Source of the DNA: Eledone cirrhosa
Lineage: Eukaryota
Assembly: GCA_964016885.1 (NCBI GenBank)
Contig: OZ024750.1
Coordinates: forward strand, 24,242,001 to 24,306,000
Reading direction: 5' to 3'
Length of the DNA: 64,000 nucleotides
The translations under genes were made by a program, and so were the position numbers. This document shows, piece after piece, positions 28,401 to 35,148 of the stretch. Every line of letters begins with the position of its first letter. Position 1 is the first letter of the stretch. A model generated the notes under the pieces. It did not search any database and was not told the DNA's origin. It saw nothing but the letters and a program-made list of their open reading frames with translations.

Positions 28401-31176
28401 GGCGATGGTTACACAATTGTCATTCGCATCCGGGGACCAAACTATGAAAGGAATTGTATGAATGTCAAACACTTTTTCGATAAAAATTTCCCTCATGCTA
28501 AAATTAAGGTAAGCAATATCTAACAATGTCTTTAAGGCAACAATGTCTCTAAGGCAACACTATATATGTTTTTTATGTGCCTATTTAGCTATTAAGTATT
28601 GTATGACATTAATTTATCTTGAAACAATTTGAAATTTTCAATAGAAAAATTTGTTATAATCTAGTGCAGAGGTTCTCGAACTTTTTGCCCCTCCCTCAAG
28701 GTCATGTAATATCCTCAGCGCCCCGCCCCCTATTTCCAGAGAGACCTGCCAACACGCGAACTGTAAACGATATACAATAAATAAAATCGTTAATTTATAT
28801 GTAATAAATAATATATATACTATGTATAAATATATATTAAATATGTTTTATTTTACTACATTTATGTATAATATATATCATTTAATATTTAATATATTAT
28901 ATCATCTCTACTGCTCCCCCACAGCTCCCTTAGTCCCCAGCGGCTCCTGGATCTTCTCAATGCCCCCCAGGGGGCAGTAGCACCCACTTTGAGAACCTCT
29001 GATCTAGTGTAATTACTACAAAAAAAAATTATGTTGATAATGGTGGAAATAACTACAGAAAAAAATCCAAATTATTATTTGTTTTTTCTCTCTCCAGGAA
29101 CAGCACATTAACATGCTTCAATATGAAATTAAGTCAAAGACTATTTCTCTAGCTTACATCTTTTCTAAGCTTGAAGATGCGCAAAGAGATTTCCAGATTG
29201 AAGACTACTCTGTCAGTCAGAATACTTTAGATAACGTATGTATTATTCTTTTACTTGTCTTATTTTACTATCATAACTTTTATGTATGCAGTTTTACATG
29301 TATAAATGTGGCTGGTGTTAGGAAGGGCATCCAGCTGTAAAAATACCTGGCCAAATTTACAGTCCTCGCTGGAGCAAGGTGTGACATGACCAACCAAGGT
29401 CAGATTTGCCTCGTGGCATGGATGACCCATCTAACCCATGCAAGCATGGAAGAATTGATGCTAAATGGAAATGATGATGATGATGATCTGAAATACTGGA
29501 ATTTGATTATTGAAATAAAGCACAGATTTTCAAAGTCTTACATTGAAAATCGGAAGTAAAATTAAGACATGTTTATAGTAAAAAAAAAAAGTCTGTCCCA
29601 AGCCTGGAAGCTCTTCCGGCCAGTACTTATCTTGATTTCCTCAGTGTTATGCAACTGAGAGTATAAGACTTTCCCCGGGATAGGATGCCAGTCCATTGCA
29701 GGGTTAATTCCCAGCTACTGCTGGTACTAATTTTCAGCTGAGTGTATTGGGGCAACGTGAAATGATGAGTTTTACTCAAGAACGCATCGTACCACTTGAT
29801 CCAGGAATCAAACATACGCCATTAATGATCGTAAGTCCATCAGCCTAACCACTAAGCCACATGCTTTTTGTAGTTAATGTTTATAGTACAGATTTAGATA
29901 TTTTCTTATCTTTGACTACTAGTAAACATCATAGAAATAATTATGATTTGTGAAACTTTTTCTGAAAACTGTAAAGTATATCCTTCTAGTAGTTCTGTTA
30001 CTGTTTCATCACTAATTTTGATACAGAAAGTACTGCTAAGATTTAACCCTTTTGATACCAAACTGCTTGAAACCATCCCTGGTTCTATGATACTAAGCTG
30101 ATTATTTTAAAGTGTTTATATTTATTTAAAAACCTTCCATCATAATTTTGTCAGAATTTTTATGTTCTAAAGACCATCTTGATAATTAGAAAGTTAGTTA
30201 TAGCACTAAATTCTTCCTAGTTCTTCATTACTTTAATTAGAACAATGTTTGAGAAGTCTTTATAAGTCTTAATCAATGTTTGGGAAGTCTTTACAAGTCT
30301 TTATAAGTATTTATCAATGTTTGGGGGATTGTTTTTATGTTGTAGGTATTTATTAATTTTGTGAAACAACAAACAGAAATTGTCCAGGAACTTGAAGACA
30401 ATGACACAGTTTCTGATAACTTGAACTCTTCATCAACCACCAATATTGTTCCTAATTCTACTCCTAATCCTGAAGCTATTTTGGAAGGTGAACCAGATGA
30501 TATCAGTTCTTCATTTGACCGAAATGGGGCAAGTATTTTTATAATCTTTCTCTACTTATGTAACTCATGTTCACATAGAAATATTAGAAAATAAAAATGT
30601 TAGCAATAAAAGTAGCTGATCTTCTAGAAAACAGGTTGCAGGTGGTGGAGAGTGATAGGGCCACTGATATAATGGTTTGTTGTGATATAAGCAGACTCCT
30701 GCCGGGCAACTAAGCAACCCTGGACCAAACACAGTAAGCTACTAGCGGAAATAGAGCAGTGGGTGACACTGTTAGCTCCCCCCAAAACTCTCAATTTAGG
30801 ATCTTTCCTTTTCGACTTCTCCATCTAATATAATGAATTGTTCATTAATTGGGAAAAAACAAAACAAAAACATTATTATTTGAAAATATAGTCATCCTAA
30901 TGCAGATAATTATAATAATAGTTGAAAAAATTGGGTAAAGTACCACAAAGATAAAAAAAAGTCCATTTTTATACATATATGTGTGTGTGTGTGTGTGTGT
31001 ATCAGGTTCAATCGAGGGTAACCACAGTTAGTAAGGTACTCAATACATAGTAGAGTATAAATATTTAATATAGAAATGGATTCTACAGGACTAGAACTGT
31101 TTCATTCAAAGGAAGTCATCAGGAAAGCCTGATGATTTCCTTCGAATGAAACATTTATAGTCCTGTTGAATCCATT

Positions 31177-31227
<51 letters not shown>

Positions 31228-31365
31228 GAAGGAAGTGTGGTAAGGAACCAGGTGGACCAAAACACACCAGAGTATAGGGTAGTAGAGTGGGTAATAGGAA
31301 AATGTTCAAGACCCCGACAGCAGAGCTCACACCGTTTCGACAGCTATTTCTGGACTGTGTGTGTG

Positions 31366-31428
<63 letters not shown>

Positions 31429-32024
31429 AAAGGACATGTTAGATCTTCATTCCATTTATTGAGGTGTGATGCACGTTTCACGATTGGTCAGCTCAAGGCT
31501 TGATCTGTATTGATCCAGCTCGACTCTGGAATTAAAAGCTTGTCGGACTTCTGTTATGGTAAACTATATATATATATATATATATATTGTTATACTTGGG
31601 GAGGGTCATATTGTTGTAATAATATTGCCAGAAATAACAACAGAACACACGGTGTGTTCTGTTGTTATTTCTGGCAATATTATTACAATATGACCCTCCC
31701 CAAGTATAACAATATTTGTTTTGACACACGATTTCATATAAAAAAAACCTTGCAAAACAAATATTTATATATATAGTTATATTGTTATAAAATGAAAAGG
31801 AACCCTAACCTTGATAATTATTCTATTATTTCTAATAAAAAAAAATAAAACCAAGATTACCAGTAACATTTAAATTTGTATCAATTTATTTTGATTGAAT
31901 ATGTTAAAATATTTTAATACTATTGCCTGCTTTCTTTATCTGTCTATGTATGGTTATGATACGTTTTCATTTTTACTTACAGACACGACTTTCCCTTCTA
32001 AACATTGAAATGTCAACATGTTGA
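1..32024 (+). CDS. ABCA2: ABC transporter subfamily A member 2-like gene, 3' part (30 coding exons in the window; 5' end lies outside)
   Basis: Exons join in frame at AG/GT sites with consistent phases. The product has two NBDs ([10 protein letters not shown] / [10 protein letters not shown] / ILDEPT and [10 protein letters not shown] / [10 protein letters not shown] / MDEPT) and ABCA2-type segments ([60 protein letters not shown]). Assignment from remembered family sequences, no search run. Confidence 0.9.
464..643 (+). CDS. ABCA2: ABCA2-like exon
   Basis: [19 protein letters not shown]...; AG / GTAAG boundaries. Confidence 0.9.
1290..1360 (+). CDS. ABCA2: ABCA2-like exon
   Basis: [23 protein letters not shown]. 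Confidence 0.9.
1505..1807. repeat. Minisatellite, 21-24 bp unit TTTGACATCACT(CT)CATGTCGTCA, about 13.5 copies
   Basis: Tandem array read directly. Confidence 0.95.
2220..2329 (+). CDS. ABCA2: ABCA2-like exon, NBD1 Walker A
   Basis: [36 protein letters not shown]. Confidence 0.95.
2670..3118 (-). mobile_element. 3' fragment of another RTE-type LINE
   Basis: [11 protein letters not shown]...[12 protein letters not shown]-terminal LINE motifs. Confidence 0.8.
3677..3894. mobile_element. piggyBac-type MITE family 1 (about 220 bp)
   Basis: TTAA-CCCTTTAGCATTTA ... AAAGGG-TTAA termini. About 17 copies or fragments: 3677, 3946, 5672, 5890, 9210, 13032, 15774, 20036, 25039, 27393, 28039, 38474, 41648, 49013, 55790, 56033, 59620, 63602. 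Confidence 0.85.
3946..4164. mobile_element. piggyBac-type MITE family 1, inverted neighbour of 3677-3894
   Basis: TTAA-flanked; internal orientation opposite to the adjacent copy. Confidence 0.85.
4558..4689 (+). CDS. ABCA2: ABCA2-like exon, NBD1 Q-loop
   Basis: [12 protein letters not shown]...[13 protein letters not shown]. Confidence 0.95.
5474..5554 (+). CDS. ABCA2: ABCA2-like exon
   Basis: [26 protein letters not shown]. Confidence 0.93.
6132..6328 (+). CDS. ABCA2: ABCA2-like exon, NBD1 signature and Walker B
   Basis: [43 protein letters not shown]. Confidence 0.95.
7172..7357 (+). CDS. ABCA2: ABCA2-like exon, NBD1 H-loop
   Basis: [23 protein letters not shown]...FGEGY. Confidence 0.95.
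7397..7737 (+). mobile_element. tRNA-derived SINE family B (CORE-like domain)
   Basis: GGCACATGGCTTAGTGGTTAGAGC head, CTTGAGCAAGACACTTTATTTCAC...CAGCTGTAGAAATGAG core, TTTACC tail; relatives on the - strand near 22860-23195, 24170-24513, 35555-35880. Confidence 0.78.
8269..8635. mobile_element. Tigger/pogo-like MITE remnant
   Basis: Begins TACAGTTGTTCCCAGGTATT; shares sequence with 10585-10712 and 39640-39902 (the latter ends GGGGGTACTGTA). Confidence 0.55.
8890..9180 (+). CDS. ABCA2: ABCA2-like exon, regulatory domain 1
   Basis: ...ELHYILP...[17 protein letters not shown]. Confidence 0.93.
10025..10360 (-). mobile_element. CR1/L2-type LINE 3' end, same family as 23215-23475
   Basis: Reverse complement shares AGAGTTGCTGAAGCATG...ACTACCTGCATCAGTTGTTAGCTG and the tail. 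Confidence 0.72.
10372..10552 (-). mobile_element. SINE family A copy with TSD
   Basis: Reverse complement of family A; TSD ACATATGTAGATAAT. Confidence 0.82.
10739..11095 (+). CDS. ABCA2: ABCA2-like exon, low-complexity linker
   Basis: Open frame between a TAG acceptor and a GTATG donor; phase 1/1 fits both neighbours. Confidence 0.8.
11140..11611. mobile_element. hAT (Charlie-like) MITE
   Basis: TIRs CAGAGGTTCTCAAA / TTTGAGAACTACTG; 8-bp TSD TTTTACAT / TTATACAT. Confidence 0.8.
12368..12928 (+). CDS. ABCA2: ABCA2-like exon, first helix of TMD2 and start of ECD2
   Basis: [39 protein letters not shown]...[11 protein letters not shown]. Confidence 0.93.
13570..13760 (+). mobile_element. tRNA-derived SINE family A (Deu/Nin-like central domain) with TSD
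   Basis: A box TGGCAGTATCGG, B box GTTCAAATCC, core GCCTTTCATCCTTACGGGGTCGATAAAATAAAGTA; TSD ATTATTTACATTTAAAG. Other copies or fragments near 920, 3195, 6430(-), 6630, 10370(-), 12225, 19700, 34955, 37530, 51700(-), 60325, 62822, 62975, 63632. Confidence 0.85.
14092..14290 (+). CDS. ABCA2: ABCA2-like exon, ECD2
   Basis: [13 protein letters not shown]...[11 protein letters not shown]. Confidence 0.9.
14453..14558 (+). CDS. ABCA2: ABCA2-like exon
   Basis: YGGMSFG...[11 protein letters not shown]. Confidence 0.9.
14643..14754 (+). CDS. ABCA2: ABCA2-like exon
   Basis: [37 protein letters not shown]. Confidence 0.93.
14941..15095. repeat. Imperfect inverted-repeat (MITE-like) element
   Basis: ATTATCATGGGAGTATCCCTGTGAAGGTCTTAAAGG mirrored by CCTTTAAGACCTTTGCAGAGATACTCCCTTGATAAT. 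Confidence 0.7.
15142..15332. repeat. Local duplication (about 190 bp) of 13440-13837 lacking the SINE
   Basis: ACTAATATTGTTGCTT...GTGCCAAGTTAAATAAA is shared; the 13.5-kb copy is interrupted by a SINE. Confidence 0.85.
16041..16101 (+). CDS. ABCA2: ABCA2-like exon
   Basis: [19 protein letters not shown]. Confidence 0.9.
16851..17025 (+). CDS. ABCA2: ABCA2-like exon, TMD2
   Basis: [43 protein letters not shown]...YVWDM. Confidence 0.95.
17776..17891 (+). CDS. ABCA2: ABCA2-like exon, TMD2
   Basis: [38 protein letters not shown]. Confidence 0.93.
18673..18820 (+). CDS. ABCA2: ABCA2-like exon, TMD2
   Basis: [34 protein letters not shown]. Confidence 0.95.
20491..20614 (+). CDS. ABCA2: ABCA2-like exon
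   Basis: [31 protein letters not shown]. Confidence 0.93.
20975..22476. repeat. Minisatellite, about 30-40 bp unit GCTATGTATAGGTGAAATATATT(G/A)(TA)n
   Basis: About 1.5-kb tandem array with variable TA tract; source of the spurious MLCIGEIY ORFs. Confidence 0.95.
22714..22846 (+). CDS. ABCA2: ABCA2-like exon
   Basis: [33 protein letters not shown]. Confidence 0.93.
23215..23475 (+). mobile_element. CR1/L2-type LINE 3' end
   Basis: [21 protein letters not shown]...SFK followed by an (ATT)n tail. Confidence 0.75.
23610..23730 (+). CDS. ABCA2: ABCA2-like exon
   Basis: [30 protein letters not shown]. Confidence 0.92.
24530..24860 (+). mobile_element. Degraded C-terminal fragment of an RLE-type (CRE-like) non-LTR retrotransposon with an internal 21-bp triplication
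   Basis: DTF...[17 protein letters not shown]...[14 protein letters not shown]...EWLFQCISL; related fragment near 39240-39320. Confidence 0.55.
25424..25495 (+). CDS. ABCA2: ABCA2-like exon
   Basis: [24 protein letters not shown]. Confidence 0.92.
25959..26065 (+). CDS. ABCA2: ABCA2-like exon, NBD2 Walker A
   Basis: [22 protein letters not shown]. Confidence 0.95.
26658..26799 (+). CDS. ABCA2: ABCA2-like exon, NBD2 Q-loop
   Basis: [30 protein letters not shown]. Confidence 0.95.
27648..27782 (+). CDS. ABCA2: ABCA2-like exon, NBD2 signature
   Basis: [25 protein letters not shown]. Confidence 0.95.
27891..27994 (+). CDS. ABCA2: ABCA2-like exon, NBD2 Walker B and H-loop
   Basis: [19 protein letters not shown]...GRSVILTSH. 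Confidence 0.95.
28304..28508 (+). CDS. ABCA2: ABCA2-like exon
   Basis: [36 protein letters not shown]. Confidence 0.95.
28667..29001. mobile_element. hAT (Charlie-like) MITE, same family in inverted orientation
   Basis: TIRs CAGAGGTTCTC / GAGAACCTCTG; perfect 8-bp TSD ATCTAGTG. Confidence 0.85.
29098..29235 (+). CDS. ABCA2: ABCA2-like exon, regulatory domain 2
   Basis: [10 protein letters not shown]...[13 protein letters not shown]. Confidence 0.95.
30346..30528 (+). CDS. ABCA2: ABCA2-like penultimate coding exon (putative GC donor)
   Basis: VFINFVKQQ...SSFDRNG followed by GCAAGT; the 3' boundary is inferred. Confidence 0.8.
31001..31180. repeat. Fold-back element with CTGATGA...GAAAC motif, flanked by microsatellites
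   Basis: Imperfect palindrome about 31070-31180; same family as 34040-34235 in opposite orientation. Confidence 0.7.
31583..31716. repeat. Near-perfect palindrome (about 65-bp arms) next to (TA)n
   Basis: ATATTGTTATACTTGGGGAGGGTCATA...AGAACAC ACG GTGTGTTCT...TATGACCCTCCCCAAGTATAACAATAT. Confidence 0.85.
31983..32024 (+). CDS. ABCA2: ABCA2-like terminal coding exon
   Basis: Polypyrimidine tract and CAG, then [13 protein letters not shown]; resembles the Cys-ending vertebrate ABCA2 C-terminus as remembered. Confidence 0.7.
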   Translation, partial: TRLSLLNIEMSTC

Positions 32025-33227
32025 AGCCAACTTCTGTGATATTTGGGGGTGGGAAGGAATTCAAAGATTCCAGAACTCTGTATAATTCTTAATTCCATTC
32101 CATGTGCTGCCATTTATTTCTCACAAGTTTTTTTTTCTCTTTCTCTCTTCTTATTTAAAATCTCTTCATATTTTACAATCTCCAGAACTTATATCTATTT
32201 GAATGTATTTTTCCTTGTCAACATCATTTATTTAAAAACAAAACACCCCAAAAAACTAAAAACTAAAAAAATGGAAAGTCTTGAGAAAAAAATATCAATG
32301 ACCTGTGAATGCCAACATAAATTTCTTCTAACATTTGGAACTTTCTTTGGATTAATTCTTTAACAATTCAGATGTGACTGAATTGATTCAGTCATTATTT
32401 GCAACGAGTATTATTTATTTCGGTTTTATAAACTTAAGTGTTAAATTTTTTGTTGATATACCCAAAGCAAATGGTTTTCACACTTGAAAAAATTTTATTT
32501 ATCTATTTGAATGAGTTATTTTTGTTCATTGATCTATTACAAGAAAACATTTTCAAAGACTACAGAAACTGAAACATTAGATTCCACATTATACCATATT
32601 AAGGTAAAAATAGCTGTCCACGAACATTTGGGGGGAAGGGGTTATTTTTTTAAAACCTGGAAGAAAAATAAACTGATTTTAAAACTTGACAATACATTTT
32701 TTTTTTTAATATATAAACATATATTTTCTTGAATCTTTCATTAGAATTTTTTCTTGTGAAATATTTCAAATAGCAATATCTGGTTAATTTTACTTACATA
32801 TTGCATCCATGATCATAAATATGCCATTAAATTGCTTTTGTTACATCTTTATTACATACATGTTCATAGTATTTTCACTGAGGCCAAAGGATGGGATGCA
32901 TTATGTTTATCTTGGGTACAGAAAGTGTCCAGTGTTTCAGGAAATTACTAGATTTTCTCTAATATTATATGCTAGGTTGTTTATATTACACATTATGAAA
33001 GCCATGGTCTATAAAAAACTGAGATATTCGGAGTTACTACTCAGTTGGCTCATGTGATTTAATTTGTGCAAACCAATGCATTGCAATGCTGCTGATTTGT
33101 TTGATATTTGGTTGTATGTACAATGATTGCTGAATGAGTGTATCCTTAATTGAAGATATATTCCTTGTAAAAGGTAAGGCTCTTTATTGTTGTCCCTAAA
33201 GACCATAAAGTTGTCTGGATTTTCTAA

Positions 33228-33414
33228 TACAGTGAAATTCCATTATAAAGAAATTCAAGGGGTATAAAAAAAAATTTGTTGTAATGAAAAGTTCTTTATA
33301 ATGAGATAAACCGAAACATACTGAACGTTTGTTTGTTATTACCTCGAGGATTGAAAAAAATTTTGTTATACTGAAAAACTCGTTATAATTCATTATAATG
33401 GAATTTTACCTGTA
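33228..33414. mobile_element. TA-flanked Tc1/mariner-pogo-type MITE
   Basis: TACAGTGAAATTCCATTATAA ... TTATAATGGAATTTTACCTGTA. Confidence 0.65.
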
Positions 33415-33557
33415 TTCCTAAATGGTAAGAATGGATAATCAGAAGAATATCAATGAAATGTGCCTTAACATATTATCCCCTTTTATTTTTTTCTCCTATT
33501 CTACTTCATATTTTAATCATTTCATGTTCTTGTTTTTTTTTGTTGAATTTAAAATGA

Positions 33558-33597
<40 letters not shown>

Positions 33598-33627
33598 AGA
33601 TCAAAAGATGGTTAAAGGAGTTCCATG

Positions 33628-33698
33628 TATTTTATTATGTGCATTTCAAAAACAAACATCATCATGCAATAATATTTGTGTTTTCATCAGATAAAACA
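33628..33698 (-). ncRNA. Mirror copy of the type I hammerhead ribozyme
   Basis: Reverse-complement arm of the same palindrome; identical except that stem III reads ATGCACAT. Confidence 0.65.
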
Positions 33699-33824
33699 GG
33701 AGAACATGATATGAAGGCTAAAAAACACTTGTGGATAGTGCAGTTTTAAATCAACATATTGTCATATGTTGATTTAAAACTGCACTATCCACAAGTGTTT
33801 TTTAGCCTTCATATCATGTTCTCC

Positions 33825-33895
33825 TGTTTTATCTGATGAAAACACAAATATTATTGCATGATGATGTTTGTTTTTGAAATGCGCATAATAAAATA
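33825..33895 (+). ncRNA. Type I hammerhead ribozyme (Penelope-like, short palindromic stem III)
   Basis: Stem I TGTTTTAT/ATAAAATA; core CTGATGA at 33833; 16-position stem II with one mismatch and GCAT loop; GAAA at 33876; stem III ATGCGCAT; AUA cleavage triplet ending at 33887. Confidence 0.75.
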
Positions 33896-34039
33896 CACGG
33901 AACTCCTTTAACCATCTTTTGATCTTATATTATGTATACTCCAGTCCTACAAACTGTAGAGTTCTTCTTATCTGATATCTGCATTGCTTTATTGTACTAC
34001 AATAAAACTCACCTCCTACATATATATATATATATATAT

Positions 34040-34235
34040 ATATTTATATTTATTTAATACAGAAATGGCTTCTACAGGACTAGAACTTTCATTCGGGAGA
34101 AATCAAGACTTCCTGATGATTTCTCCTGAATGAAACAGTTCTAGTCCTGTAGAAGCCACTTCCATATTAAATATGTATACTCTACTATGTATTGAGTACC
34201 TTACTTACTGTGGTTACCCTCGATTGAACCTGGGA
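34040..34235. repeat. Fold-back element, inverted relative of 31001-31180
   Basis: 34110-34232 is a close reverse complement of 31003-31125; internal palindrome; (TA)n flanks. Confidence 0.7.
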
Positions 34236-34954
34236 TAAACTTTATATATATATAATCTTTCATTTTAAGATGAGACCCAGCTCATTAATATTTCCAATAT
34301 TTTCTCATTTTCGTATTCCTATTTCTGAATTTGTGTCATTTTAAATATAAATGATTGATTTCATTTACTTCTAATTCATTTGCAATATCATTATTGTTAT
34401 TGATAGCTTTAATTTAACCTTTTATCTCGCTAGGGATTGACAAAATATGTACCAATAATATACTGCTTTGATTCAGCTTTCCATCTATAAAATTGTCGTC
34501 TAATAAAAACAAATATCGTTAGTAGTAATAATAGTAGTAGTAGTAATAATGATAGCTATATATTTTTTGTTTCATTTGTAATATAGTTATTTCTTTATTA
34601 CTTGCAATTCTAATTTCTAATACGATAGATCAATGTGGTGTATTCAAATTCTACAAGAGACACTTTTGCCTGCTTAATAGGCATTAGTAATATATTAGTG
34701 CCAGGCCCATTGCCATTGCCATGGATGGCACTACTCTCTGCTTCTCGATGGCACACCTTCAGATTTAGAAAATTTATGGTGATATGCTTATTCCAATACT
34801 CTATTTTAGAATTACTCTTAGTTATAGTGCCCACCCAGCCAGAATATTTTGAAACCCTTTCAGCATCAAAGCCTGATAACACAGGTCTGTGTTAACATTA
34901 AGTTGAATGTAATCCTTATCCTTATATAAAAAAAATCATTATTATGGATATTTA

Positions 34955-35148
34955 GGGCGGTGGATTGGCAGTATCGGTAGAGGGTCGGACGCCATGCTTT
35001 GATGCATAGAGTTACGGCCCTTGCCATTCTGAGTTCAAATCCCGCCGAGGTTAACTTTGCCTTTCATCCTTACGGGGTCGATAAAATAAAGTACCAGTAA
35101 TGCACTGGGATAATTGCTGGCCTTGTGCCAAAAGTAGAAACAATTATT
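34955..35148 (+). mobile_element. SINE family A, full-length copy with TSD
   Basis: Same A/B boxes and core; flanked by the direct repeat ATTATTATGGATATTTAG. Confidence 0.85.

Larger units (their letters stand above)
33591..34020. mobile_element. Fold-back element in (TA)n, probably derived from a Penelope-like element
   Basis: Arms 33591-33759 and 33764-33932 with 2 mismatches and TGTC loop; unpaired 3' extension containing AATAAA; (TA)n on both sides; hammerhead motif inside. Confidence 0.7.

Noticed and set aside
31583-31716. Hairpin as a candidate miRNA precursor or hammerhead
   Set aside because: No CUGANGA core on either strand; near-perfect arms beside (TA)n fit a repeat-derived inversion, and a miRNA cannot be supported without small-RNA data.
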